Below are positions 27,630-41,897 of a stretch of 64,000 nt of DNA, one piece after another. The position numbers were made by a program, and so were the translations under genes. Every line of letters begins with the position of its first letter. Positions within the stretch are counted from its first letter, which is position 1. The stretch lies in contig OZ024742.1 in assembly GCA_964016885.1 (NCBI GenBank), positions 331,080,001-331,144,000 on the forward strand, given 5' to 3'. Under the pieces are notes generated by a model that was not told the origin of the DNA, ran no database searches, and saw nothing but the letters and a program-made list of their open reading frames with translations. Source of the DNA: Eledone cirrhosa. Its lineage: Eukaryota.

Positions 27630-27876
27630 CAGACACACACATACACACACGCACACACACACACACACATATATACATATATATACACATATATATATAT
27701 TTGTATATATAGTGACGAAACATAAGTCAATTGCATGAACTCATAATCCTGTATTTACTGCTATATATATTTCGATGACAGCCATTGAATAGCTATGACC
27801 TCATCAGGCAGCTTGTAAGTTCTGAGATATGGCAGCTCTGTGTTTATAGTGTTGATGGTATCAGAGCCTTGGGACA

Positions 27877-27983
<107 letters not shown>

Positions 27984-28009
27984 TGTATATAGTTATATAT
28001 ATGTGTATA

Positions 28010-28050
<41 letters not shown>

Positions 28051-28121
28051 TACCATTTCCATGCCATTCTGTATGTGATACCCAGAAATATATATATATA
28101 TATACATATATATGTATATAT

Positions 28122-28487
28122 ATTTATTAAAATAACAGATTAAAGTTTAAGCAAAGAATCGCTACTTTCACCCTTAACGGGATCTTCTGAAACTAACAAA
28201 GTCAATATGTAAACGCAGAAGTGGATATTTCAAAAAACGTTGAAACCGGAGGAAGACAGGAAGACGATACTTTGGTTTGTGGAAACTTTTCCTCGCAAAG
28301 AACGGGAAAAAAACCAATATTATACGTCATAAATAGGAGCGGTGAAAAACAATTACACGCAAAGACAGAACCACGTTTATGGTATAAAAGAGGTCGTAGT
28401 CTAATATTGTCTTTGCTTAAACTTTAATCTGTTATTTTAATAAATATTTGCTCTTTGGATGTTAGTCTTCAAATTTATTATTATTAC

Positions 28488-28490
<3 letters not shown>
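28122..28490. mobile_element. Small inverted-end element with decayed hammerhead (28144-28194, minus)
   Basis: 36-bp arms 28122-28157 / 28410-28445 plus right tail; AGUUU-CAGAAGA-UCCC(GUUAA)GGGU-GAAA-GUA..UGC-UU^AAACU; end stubs recur at ~22265, ~23740, ~33143, ~59058. Confidence 0.65.
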
Positions 28491-28586
<96 letters not shown>

Positions 28587-28768
28587 ATATACACACACAG
28601 AGATATCCACGGAAAGTTGCGGGGTTCAGTCAGCATGAAGAACTCAATGTAATCCATATTTTGAAAATGTTGTAGATTAAAATAAATCCCGGAAAACAAT
28701 AAAACATTAAAAGGAAAGCAGTCATGATATAAGTTAAAACAATGAAATAAAAAATCAAGTCATTAGAA

Positions 28769-28816
28769 TGTTGTCAACAGCAATGAGAATGAAAATTCTC
28801 ATTGCTTCTGACAACA
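28769..28816. repeat. 20-bp hairpin with GAAA loop
   Basis: TGTTGTCA-ac-AGCAATGAGAAT-gaaa-ATTCTCATTGCT-tc-TGACAACA. Confidence 0.85.
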
Positions 28817-29069
28817 GCTGGTGATATGCATGTAAGTAAATATGTTCCTTATCTGATATTTTGTAACTAACCTTACATAGATCTATAACGAAGTATAGTT
28901 ATGATGTATTATCATCACCTAGAAACGATCGTAAAACAGTAACACTTGATGTTTTATTTTATTGTTTAACTGATATATATATATATATATATATATGTGT
29001 GAATGAATGAAGTAATTCCGTCGGAAAAGTCCAGGAAAAAAGAGTGCTCTATGTAGGTAACAGAGCTTA

Positions 29070-29371
<302 letters not shown>

Positions 29372-29481
29372 TATATATATATAAATATATACATATATAT
29401 ATATATATATATTGATATGTATGTAGACACATAGACATAATTACTTACATAAAACTTTATATAATTAGATACGTAAAATAC

Positions 29482-29579
<98 letters not shown>

Positions 29580-31406
29580 ATGCATGAACAAAGAAAGAAA
29601 GATAGTAAAATATAACGATAAATAAACAGGTATAACCAGGATACAAAATGATGCTATGGAGGGAATTTATTAGGATATTTTTTTCAACCATGTCGATATT
29701 TGCCTTAATATTCCTGCAATATCCATATTTAAAAAAAAATGTCTAGCACACTCCCTTTCAACTCCTCTTATTATGGCTTTTATTTTATTTACGTGTTTTG
29801 CCATTCGTTAATCTTTTGTTATTTTGGCATTACATCACTGAATTTTAAATCGCATTGTGTATTTGCTTATATATTTTTATGATTCTTTATTCTTTCGTGT
29901 GTTTTTGTTTTTACATATTCATAATTTATACATTTATAAATTTATACATATTTATAATTTATTTTTTGAGACATATTTCTTATATAGTAGAGAAGTTGCT
30001 CATATTTCTTATGGCATGGAGAGGTATTTTTGCTGTGATATGTGTATATTATCTACAGATGAAATCTAATTTAATTTTTTGTCAGAAAGATTAGATTTGG
30101 TTGTCGTTTTTCCCGTCCTTCGTCTAGGATCGGGAAATGTAAAAGGATTATGTTTGCGATGTTGTTGATCCACAGTTCGGAGCATGTTCCTCCCATCCCA
30201 GGTGAACTCGAATATATGTAGAATTACAAAAAAGCTCGGAGACGTTACAGAAATTCGCTACCCCCAAATTACTCAAGTAGGCAACACGCTGCTAACAGCA
30301 GAATTTCGGAGCAACTGGCCGGGAAATTACGGTTAATTAGGAGAAGGAGGTACTGACGCTAGCAATATGTGAGTTTTGTTTATGTTTACTGTCTTATTAT
30401 ATATATGTTTTATTTATGTACTAAGAACCTTATTGTCTTTGCTGTTGTAGCGTACTTTGCCCAGGCTGGAATGTTGGTACTGCTGATGAGAAGATTGCGC
30501 TTCTCCTTTATTATTTACGTTTATAAATTTCCACAGTCAACATGGCGACAGAGGTTGTTTATTTTCTTTGTAAATACACTCTAAAGATGAGAAATAGATG
30601 ACTTGGATATATTATTAAAGAGGCAGGGGCATATAGAAAGAAAATAGGATTGAAAATAAATGAAAAGAAAGAATAAAAGTAGAAAGTTGATTATTGCTTC
30701 TATCTAAACGTGTGTATGCATAGATGTGTGCTAGAAATGATACGTTCGTGAATTTTTCAATGCGTGAAAATATGTCTGTATGTGGGAATTTCAACGTTGC
30801 ATTAAGTATATATTGGAATGTGCAAAGCTGTTAAAGAAGGAAACGTTAAATAAGTGCAACCTCATAACGGAATAATAACTTCGAATGATGGTTGCTTTCA
30901 GAAACAGATCTTTATGAAAAAATGCTTTCAATAATCAAAAGGTAGCTCCAAATATGAAATGCTATTAATATATAAACAATATAGAATTGCCTACGTTCTC
31001 TCGTAATTTTATCCTTTTACGTACATATCAACCCTTATCTTCAAACGAAACCCCACCTTTGAGCATTCCATTTCCTTTTAGGTTTAATAATATATTTGAG
31101 AGTACATTATCCAGGTACATTATCCTGGTACATATATGTGTAAGGTTTGATTTGATAGAAATGTGGTATTATTTTTCGCAATCTGAATGACTAATATGAG
31201 GAAATTTGATTGCGTTAGTAGTAGGTATAACTATAATGAACAGAGATATTACCAAACCAAACAAATTCATGGTATACCCACATTATTTTAAATAGGTAAG
31301 TAGAGAGCTATTCATGAGAATGTATCTGCCAATTCTTCTTCTTCTTCTTCTTCTTCTGTTCGATAGCTAGCTAGATAGATAGAGATAGAGAGAGAGGGAG
31401 AGAGAG

Positions 31407-31506
<100 letters not shown>

Positions 31507-32099
31507 TGAACAGGTAGGCAAGAGAAAGTGAGCGCTATATTAGTACATTCTTTATGTATCTCGAAGGTATTTGATCTCAGATCGCTGATAGCAGGAACAT
31601 ATATCAGAGAGCATTGCATCCAACGTCCTAATGACAGTGAATTCACTGTTTTTTTCCGTGACTATAATTAAAATTCCATTCCTCTTAACAACTGTCTTTC
31701 CGTTTGCTAAAACATTTTATTCGTCAAAGAAAAATAAATTATGACCTATATTATATATTTGTTTTTCTTTTCACCGACATCTCTTCTAATTTTCAGAGGT
31801 AATGTCATCTGTACAATATAGAAATTGTAAATAAAAGAAACATATATATATATTTTATATAAATATACATACAATTCTAATTATTTATTTAATGTAATAT
31901 TACGTAGTTATCTATCTTCAACCGCTTACCTTTTCTTCCACGGGTATTCTATTTAATTAGAAGACAGACCACATTACTAGACTTGAGATATAGATATCTA
32001 ACATTTACTGAATAAAACATCGGAAGCGTTGAGTTGGCTTATTTCAACCATAACAAAGCAACTACTATGAGAACAATATTTCAGGTCCTATATATATAT

Positions 32100-32169
<70 letters not shown>

Positions 32170-32184
32170 ATATATATGTCTTAG

Positions 32185-32645
32185 CATCACTTAGCATGGG
32201 CTTTGTCAGCCGCTCTTCAGTTTTCTATTTAAAGCTGTACATAGCTATTGTGATGCCACAATTAGAATTTGCATCACCAGTCTGGAACCCTATCTTACTC
32301 AGAACATTGACCACCTGCAAACTGTTCAGAGCCATGAAAGCAAGCGAATACCCTCCATCAGGCATCTACTATACTATGAACGCCCTGCTTCCCTATGCAT
32401 GGATACATTGAAGCTCCGACGTCTGGCAACTGATTTGGTGAAACCCACAAAATTATAAGACATCTTGCCAACAACAACCCTGAGCACCTTTTTGGGCATG
32501 CCTACAAAGTCAGAAAACAACACAGCTCTTTCCATGACATTCGGAAACATTTTTTTCACGCTCAGAGTTGTTGAAGCATCGAAAAAACTACCTGCATGAG
32601 TTGTTAGCTGTCGAGACACTGCATCCTTTAAAACCTCCATGCTTA
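32185..32645 (+). mobile_element. CR1/L2-group LINE 3' ORF2 remnant
   Basis: KLYIAIVMPQLEFASPVWNP...LKLRRLATDL...FFTLRVV. Confidence 0.8.
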
Positions 32646-32854
32646 CTGAAATTCACCAACACTAGACATGGTATCATCCCCTCCGTACACACGCACACAC
32701 GTATTTCGTGACTCGTACACTTTTCATTTTCCTGACATTTGTACATTATTCAATGTACTATATTTCATCATTTGATGAGTTGTATGGCACCTCAGCACTG
32801 TACACAATAATGTCCTTATCATTATGATTATTATTAGTATATATGTATAAGAGT

Positions 32855-32953
32855 TTAACTTTGCCATTCATCCTTATGGGGTCGATAAAATAAAGTACCA
32901 GTAATACACTGGGTATTTGCTGGCCTTGTACCAAAAGTAGAAACAATTATTAT
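32855..32953 (+). mobile_element. 5'-truncated copy of the Meta-like SINE
   Basis: ttaactttgccattcatccttatggggtcgataaaataaagtacc...agaaacaattattat. Confidence 0.85.
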
Positions 32954-33097
32954 GTACATCAATACTCATCTTTTTCCATTTATCTGAGGGTTCTAAACCC
33001 CATTATCAGGCTAAAATTCCTTTAGTCAAAAATAAGGTGAAAGCTATTCTATTTTCTAATTTTAAACCTGCTCACTAATTCAAAACATACTTACTTG

Positions 33098-33141
<44 letters not shown>

Positions 33142-33187
33142 TTATTTATTAAAATAACAGATTAAACTTTAAGCCGCTGCTTTCACC

Positions 33188-35820
33188 CTGAGAAACGAGG
33201 GAACCAAAGCTGTTTGATGGGCCCGCGTGGCTGAGGCGCAGCGTGGTAATAAAGCCACAATTCGGTCTTTGGCAAGCCGAGATGGACACGAGGTAAGCGA
33301 TTCCAAGCGGATGTGTGAGGCCTTTCGCCAGCAGTTTGCTCGGTTGTTCGGGGAGAGTGGCGAGTAAGAGAGAGTAGCGGATTTCAGTCCCTACCTTGAC
33401 GGCTTGCCGCGCATCTCGACGGTCGACGCTGAGCGCTGCAAAAGGCGGATTAGTTCAGCCGAAATTCAGGACGCCCTTGTCGGCTGCATGAGGCGCAAGT
33501 CACCGGGTTTGGATGGCCAGCCCTACGAGCTTTACGTAAATATGCCAGACTTGTTTTCCGATTTCCTCGAAGCACTCTACTGCAACTGGCAGCAGAATGG
33601 GAGTATTCCCAATTCTGTGAGCAGAGGAGTGGTGACGCGGAGAAGGAAAGACGAGAACAAGAGGGATACATTAGACAACTTCATGCTCATAACTCTTCTC
33701 CACACAGAGTTTAAGATTTTGGCCAAGGTGTTAGCAAAGAGATTGGCGCTTGTCGTCAAGGATTTGTTTGGGGAGGCGCAAACTTGCGTAATCCCAGCCA
33801 GGTCGATACACGACAATCTCCACCTCATGCGATACATCATAGAGAGGGTAGGGTGTAAACCTGGCTTCGGTGGGGAACTGATCAATTTAGATCAATCGAA
33901 AGCATTCGATAGGGTCGACCATCGTTATCTGGAGATTGTCCTCAGAGCAGCTGGCTTCGGCTCTGTTTTCAGAAGCTGGATCGCTGCAATTCAGAGCGGC
34001 ACATGTTCGGTGGTCAAGGTTAATGGCCACCTCTCGGAACCATTTCGGCTCTTCCGATGCGGTCCGTCAAGGGTGCCCTCTCTCTCCTCCCTTCTGTACG
34101 TATTGACTCTCGAGCCTTTACTGCGGAAGCTGGAGCTGTTGCAGGGCATCCCGCTCGAACCGGGACGTGGAAAGGCGGTGTCGGCTTATGCGGACGACAT
34201 CACCGCGATGGTGTCGAACACCTCAGAAATCGAGGTGGTCGGCACCTTATTGAAGGAATATGAAATGTTGACAGGAGCCAAACTTAACTCGGAAAAGTCG
34301 GTGGGCTTGCAGCTCGGAACCTGGAGAGGCAAGCCCATGCCTTCCAACAGCGTCGTGGGGCGCTGTACGGACTGACCGGTAAAGTTGCTCGGAGTTTGGT
34401 TCGGAACAGACCTCCAAGTTGAAAAGAATTGGGACGAGGTAACGAGCAGAATAGCCAATCAAAATGTGCTAGGAGGAAGCTATCACTGAAAGGTCACGCG
34501 GAGGTGGCGAATGCGTAGATCGCGTCCGTCATCTACTACCGCCTGACCGTCGTGCCTTGCCCCCGTCCGCGCCTCGTCAAGTTGGAATGGCTCCTCTTCA
34601 AATTCTTGTGGAGGGGACAAGTTCCGTTGGTGAGACGGTCCATCTGCTGCCAGCACCCTCTACGCGGAGGGCTGGGTATGTCGTGGCTAATGATGCACAG
34701 ACATGCGTTGAGGCTGCGACATCTCCAAATATTCTTCCTCAACGGTTAACAAGTGTGGTCGCCGTTTATCAAAGGGGCCTTTCCGCAGCTCATTTCTTTG
34801 ACTGAGCTGCAGACCTGGGTCAAGAAGAGACCGAGACTGGCTGACTGGCACCTGGAATGTTGCCAGGCACTCACTGCCCTCTACCAAGCGGGCAATGCGA
34901 TCAGTGGAACTTTCACTCGCCAGTTCTATAGAGGATTAGTGATGGGCAAGTGCGATGACGCACTCAGAGAAGCTTTGGGCCTCGACGAAGTCGAAATGAC
35001 CTGTCTGTACCGGAGGAATATTGAGCCGGGAACGATGGACAATTTCCAGAAATCCCCCGCTTGGCAGTGCTACCGGGGGGGTACTGCCGGTTCAGGATAA
35101 ACTCTACAGGCACGGAAGTGCTGTCAGACGGACCTGCCCAAGATGCGCACAGAACGACGAAACCGTTCTGCACGCACTTGTCCAAAGTCCGTGCATTACT
35201 GACTTGTGAAGTTATGTCGAACAGCTACTGTCGCGTGTGGAACGAATCCGGCTATCGGCCGAGTCCATAGTGAAGATCGACTCACCGCCTTCCTTAGGTC
35301 AGGAAGAGCAGGAAATGTTCCTCTGTCTGCTGGCAGTTGCGAAAGAGGTGGACCAGGTTAAAAGGACTGGACAGACACTTTTCTCTTCGGCCAATCCCTC
35401 ATCAACTTCTTCAAGTTTCACCTGGAAAGGAAGGTGAGGGTGGAGAGAGAAGAGGAGAAGTGCTGCCCCAAGTACATTTGCTAAAGGGTGGATGAATGGG
35501 CCTACTCTGACCATGCGCCTATAGGCCAGCTAACTTGAGGAGATGTCTGCTCTCCCTGGGTGCCTTAGAAGCGCAGGGTGGTTCAGGATTGGTGGGGTAC
35601 CCGAGTTACCCCAGGGTCGTCCACCCCCTATCGGGGAATTTATTTTGTTGTATTTATGCATAGTTTATTTTATATTTTTATGACTTCATTGTTAAATTAG
35701 TCTTGCCATCGTGAACTTTTACTCGACCTTGTTGTAAACGCCCACTGTCCTTGTCTTTGTATTGTCCCCTACATGTCGGCCCTTGTGGCTAATAAATGAA
35801 ATCAGTATTATTGTTATAAT
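33188..35820 (+). mobile_element. 5'-truncated Tx1/L1-like LINE (RT + C-terminal CCHC + 3' UTR)
   Basis: KSPGLDG, DQSKAFDRVDH, SAYADD, CPRCAQNDETVLHA; AATAAA and TTA-like tail; paralog of 39115-41750. Confidence 0.92.
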
Positions 35821-35831
35821 TATTGGTCTAA

Positions 35832-36025
35832 GCGGTGGATTGGCAGTATCGGTAGAGGTTCGGACGCCATGCTTTAACACAAAGAGTTACGACCCTTTAT
35901 GGTCTGAGTTCAAATCCCGCCGAGGTTAAGTTTGCCTTTCCTCCTTACGGGGTCGATGAAATAAAGTACCAGTAATGCACTGGGAAATTGCTGGCCTTGT
36001 GCCAAAAGTAGAAATAATTATTATT
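35832..36025 (+). mobile_element. Meta-like SINE with target-site duplication
   Basis: Full copy; attattggtctaagcgg at 35819-35835 and 36020-36036. Confidence 0.88.
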
Positions 36026-36230
36026 GGTCTAAGCGGACGTATTTTGCTCGCTCACAGTAAATCGCTTTATTTGCCTGTTAAAATTATTTGTTGTTAAATA
36101 TTTTTTGTTGTCTAAGGGATATAAGCCCTTAGACTTTGCGCTGTGAAGGGGATAGTATAATATTTGGGCCTTTTGGCTCAAATATTTTAATTTTTTTTAC
36201 ATGTTAAAACGTTTACAGAGAAAAAAAAAC

Positions 36231-38020
36231 ATGGCTGAGCCACGCCCCCCACCCAGCGATATGTCTGCTGGCGTGCGACAACGACGTGGAAGTTTAGAGG
36301 TGCGCTACAGCGAAATTAACACAAATTGATAACACAACACCACCACAAATAATGTAAATAAAGACACCAATGATACCAATGAGAATTCTAATTTTGAAAA
36401 AAATGACAGTGACAGCGACAACGAAAATACAGATAACAAAAAAAAAAAATAACAAATATGACAACAATATCAACACTAACATGAAAACAAATAGCGACAA
36501 CACCAACAGCAACAATACCAACTGCACCGAGAACAACGGTGGCAACAAAGACAACAATGATAACAGCGACAGTGCTAACAACAACACCAACAAGATCAAC
36601 GACAACGACCACAACACCCCCAACGAAAACAAGAAGAACACTTTCGCTGCGGCAGCAGCAAAAAAGAGTCCATGCTTCAACATAAACCTCTCAAACAAAG
36701 ATGAAAAGTTGGCCCAGGCATGGAAGTTCATCAAGCAAGAGCAAACCTGGGCCAACTTAACTGTCCCGGTAGAAGCTATTGAGGCAGTGGAGCGCAGAAC
36801 GGTGCATTATAGATGCATCTCAGCACAAACCAAAAGGGAGGCTTTAATCCCATGGGAATCCAACCAGAACTTGACATGTGGTCGCTTCTGGGATATGTGA
36901 TTGTGGAGTGGACGGATACCGTCCCTATAGAAGTGACCAGAACGGCCAGAGAGGATTGGTTCGGGGTTGACCTGGAGATCCTTCTCCAGATCAGGCCCGA
37001 GAATATGAAGACAAACCCAGCCCACATCCGCTTTCAGAATGGAACGGTCATTCACATTATGACCGAAGGCAAAAGGCCGCAGTGTTTTGTTTGTGGGGAA
37101 AAAACCCATTTGCGAGCCTTCTGCCCTCAACTGCTGAAAGAAGCAAGGGGTCGAAAGACTCTACTGCTGCCGACGGAAGAGCGAGGACCACAACCAACAC
37201 CAGCACCGGCAAAACCACCAACAACACCAATAGAAAGCACATCACCAACATTGACCACCAAGGAGGGAAACGAGGAAAGCTGTCAAATTCCCCCTCCCTC
37301 CAAAAATACACACATCAATAAAACCATAAACATACATACAGACACACTTACAGACACAGACCCCTTATCTACCAGTAGTGAAGATGAGGGAAAACCAAAA
37401 TCCCCCAAAATACAAAAAAGGAAACACAAAAAGAAAAAACAAAGCTCAACAAACCACAAAATCACCCCCCCCCCCTCCCAAAAAAAACGCAGACACCACC
37501 CACGCAAACATCTCTCCAATAACACCAACATCAACACCACCATCACCATCACCAGAATCCCCCAAACGCAAACAACCTAAACAGACGCAAGAACAAATAT
37601 ACACACAAACATCTGAAACCACAGACACCGCACTCACAACAAACACAGATACAACCGAAACAGCACCACCGAAACCATCACCACCACAGCCACGCAAACA
37701 AATAAAATCACACCAACAAAATATACAAAACTTCGTGCTCTTCAGGAGGGTCAACAAGGAACTGATGGCCCTCGTAGCACGAAGTGAACACATATAAAAA
37801 GAGGGGGATATTTTTAAATCGAGCACATTTACGTGCCGGAAGATTTGGTTCTGGTGCGAATGTCGCTCGATATATTCAAAGAAATACGAGACGGCTTTCC
37901 TCGGGAAGTGGGAACCACGAACGTAAAACCCACTTCAAGACTTTTAAAGGGGTCCCCAAAATAAACCCCACCAACTATAGAGTTCGAACAACCCGACCTT
38001 CACAAGAGCCCGGAAGGTAA
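36231..38020 (+). pseudogene. LINE ORF1 (Asn-rich N-terminus, zinc knuckle, Pro/Thr-rich tail)
   Basis: TFAAAAAKK, GKRPQCFVCGEKTHLRAFCP; frameshifts. Confidence 0.8.
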
Positions 38021-38058
38021 GTAAACCTTCCTCTCTCTCTCCATTTTGACCTGCCAAC

Positions 38059-41000
38059 ATGGCCGTATTAAGAGTAGGATGTTTAAATGTTCGAGGCCTG
38101 GGATCGTCCATAAGCAGGGTCACCTGCTCAACGACATCAGGTCTATAGAAATGGATGTAATTGCCGTCAGCGAGACCAGGGTTTCCAGCACGCGCGCACT
38201 AGCCCCCATTTTCGACGACTATCAGATCTTTGCATCTGTTAGCCAGCTGGGAATGGGAGATCGGTGGCAGTTCTGTTTAGGAAAGACCTGGATCTCGAGG
38301 TAAGGTTGATCTTCCGGGACCCGAACGGGAGGTTGGTGGTCCTGGACGTGAACAATAACGAAGGTGGTGCCTTTAGACTGGTGGCCGTCTATGCTCCTAC
38401 TGGGGCAGGACGAACGGACTTCTTTAGACGCCTGGTAGCCTTTCTGTGTACGTCTCGCCCTTTACTGTTAGCGGGGGACTGGAACGGCATCTTAGACGCA
38501 CGCTGGGACTGTGAGGAAGTATCCGATAGGAGCGGGGGTTGCAAAAGCCTCAAGAACCTGATCAGCCAGTTCCAACTGTCTGACAGGTACCGACTAGATT
38601 TCCCTAATGCGCCAGTGTGGACCTGGGCTAACCGCATAGGGTCATCTAGATCGTATATTGACAGGATATTCATTAAGACCATAGACAGTGGACATTAAGA
38701 CCATGTCCACGTTTTGAAACGGTCGCCTATTCAGACGAAAAGTTTGTGATCTGGATGGTCGACCTAGATAAGACGCGTAGGTTAGGACCTGGTTACTGGA
38801 AGCTAAACATGTCATTTCCGGCACGTAAGGCTTACAGGGACTAGGTCAACAATTTAGTTAAAAAAAAGTTGACAGGGGAATCGTCAACAATAGATGGTGG
38901 GGGGCTCTCAAAAGAGAGATTAGAGCAATGTCGATAGAGTTTAGCAAAGAAGTAGCGTTAGAGAAAAATAGAAATGAGGGGGAATTGGTAGATAAGTTAG
39001 ACGAGGCTATTGGTAGTGGCATTGCAACTGACGTGCTAGCGGCGAGAATGGCATTAGACCATGTTTTCAATGCGAAACATGAAGGTTGCATTGTCAGAGC
39101 TAAGGCGCGTGCTCTGAGAAACGAGGGAACCGAAGCTGTTCGATGGGCCCGCATGGCAGAGGCGCAGCGTGGTAATAAAACCACGATTCGGTCTTTGACG
39201 GACCGAGACGGGCACGAGCTGAGCGATTCCAAGAGGATGTGTGAGGCCTTTCGCCAACATTTTGCTCGGTTGTTCGGGGGAAGTGGCGGGTCAGAGATGG
39301 TGGCGGACTTCAGTCCCTACCTCGTTAGCTTGCCGCAACTCTCGACGGCTGACGCAAGGCGCTGCTAAAGGCCAATTACTTCAGCCTAGATTCAGGATGC
39401 CCTTGTCGGCTGCATGAGGCGCAAGTCACCCGGTTTGGATGGTCTGCCCTACGAGCTTTAGGTAAATATGACAGACTTGTTCTCCAATCTCTTCGACCCT
39501 CTACTGCAACTGGCAGCAAAACGGGAGTATTCCCAGTTCTGAGAACTGAGGCGTAGTGACGCTGATAAGGAAAGACGAGAACAAGAGGGACACATTAGAC
39601 AATTTCAGGCCCATATCTCTGCTCAACACAGAGTTTAAGATTTTGGCCAGGGTGTTAGCGAAGAAGCTGGCGCTTGTCGTCGGGGATTTGGTTGGGGAGG
39701 CGCAAACTTGGGCAATCACAACCAGGTCCATACATGACAACCTCCACCTAATGCGATACATCATAGAGAGGGTAGGGTGTAAACCTGGCTTCGGTGGCGC
39801 TCAGATCAATTTAGATCAATCGAAAGCATTCGATAGGGTCGACCATCGGTACTTGGAGGCTGTCCTCAAGGCGGCTGGCTTCGGCTGCGTCTTCAGAAGC
39901 TGGTTCGCTGCAATGCACAGCGGCACCTGCTCGATGGTCAACATTAATGGCCACCTCTCGGAACCGTTTCAGGTCTCCCGATCGGTCCGTCAAGGGTGCT
40001 CTCTCTCCTCCCTTCTGTACGTATTGACTCTCAAGCCTTTACTGCGGAAGTTGTAAATGTTTCAGGGCATCCAGCTCGAACCGGGACGCGGAAAGGCTGT
40101 GTCGGCTTATGCGGACGACATCACCGTGATGGTGTCGGACACCTCAGAAATCGAGGTGGCCGGCAACTTATTGGAGGAATATGAAAGGTTGACGGGAGTC
40201 AAATTTAACCCGGAAAAGTCGGTGGGTTTGCAACTCGGCACATGGAGCGGCAAGTCCATACCGTCCAAGAGCGTCGTTAGGCGCTGTACGGACGGACCGG
40301 TAAAGTTGATAGGGGTTTGGTTCGTGCCAGATCTCCAGGTGGATAAGAATTGGGATGAGATGAAGCTATCAGTGAAAGGTCAGGCGGATGTGGCAAACGC
40401 GTACATCGCGTCCGTCTTCTACTACCCTCTGACCGTCGTCCCTTGCCCCCGTTCGAGCCTCGCCATCTTGGAGCGGCTCCTCTTCAAATTCTTGTGGAGG
40501 GGTCAGGTTCCGCTGGTGAAGCGGTCCATCTTCTGCCAGCACCCTACATGGAGGGCTGGGCATGCCGTGGCTAATGATGCGCAAGCACGCGCTGAGGCTG
40601 CGGCATCTCCAGATATTCTGCCTAAACGATGAACAGGTGTGATCGCCGTTTGTCAGACCGGCCTTTCCGCAGCTCGTTTCTTTGATTGAGCTGCTGTCCT
40701 GTGTCAAGTAGAGACCGAGACTGGCTGACTGGCATCTGGAATGTTGCCAGGCACTCGCTGCCCTCTACCAGGCGGGCAATGCGGTCAGTGGAACATCCAC
40801 TCTCGAGTTCTATAGAGGATTAGTGGTGGGCAAGTGCGACGACACACTCGGAGAGGCTCTGGGAGTCAACGAAGTCGAACTAACCATACTGTACCGGAGG
40901 ACTTTCGAGCCGGGGACGATGGATAATTTCCAAAAATCCCTCGCTCGGCAGTGCTACCGGGGGGGGGGGGGGCACTGCCTGTTCGAGATAAACTCTACAG

Positions 41001-41439
41001 ACACGGAAGTGCTGTCAGACGGACCTGCCCAAGATGCGCGCAGAGCGACGAAACAGTTCTGCACGCACTAGTACAGTGTCCGTGCATTACTGACTTGTGG
41101 AGTCATGTTGAACAGCTGTTGTCGAGTGTAGAACGGACCGGCTATCGGCCGAGTCCATAGTTAAGATCGACCCGCCGCCTTCTTTTGTCCAGGAAAGGCA
41201 GGCAATTTTCCTCTATGGTGGCAGTAGCGAAATAGGTTGTATGGTGGACAAGGTTGAAAGGACTGAAGACAGACACTTTTCTCTTCGGCCAATCCCTCAT
41301 CAACTTTTTCAAGTTTCACTTGGAAAGGAAGGTGAGGTTGGAGAGAGAAGTGCTGCCCCCCAGTACATTTGCTGAAAGGTGGCAAAATGTGGCGAGAATG
41401 GCCAGTGTGAGTGGGCCTACTCTGGTCATGCGGCTGTAG
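38059..41439 (+). pseudogene. LINE ORF2 (APE endonuclease, RT, zinc finger)
   Basis: MAVLRVGCLNVRGL, VSETR, VYAP, GDWN, SYIDRI, FRPISLLN, RQGCSLS, AYADD, CPRC..ETVLHALVQC; multiple stops. Confidence 0.92.
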
Positions 41440-41716
41440 GTAGGTAAATTTGAGGAGAAAAGGGTGCCCTTCCAGTGTGCTCACGAAGCGTAAGGTCGTT
41501 CAGGTCTGGTGGGGTACCTGAGCGAACCCTAGGTGGTCATCCCCCCTAATGGGGAATTTTTTCTTGTAGTAATTTTATTGTTACTTTATTGTTACTTTGT
41601 CATTGTTACTTTGTTATTGTTATTCAGATTGTTTACTCGATTTTTCTGTAAAACCCCACTGTCCCTGTCTTTTGTATTGTCCGCTATATGACGGCCCTTG
41701 TGGCCAATAAATGAAA

Positions 41717-41852
<136 letters not shown>

Positions 41853-41860
41853 AGTTAATT

Positions 41861-41897
<37 letters not shown>

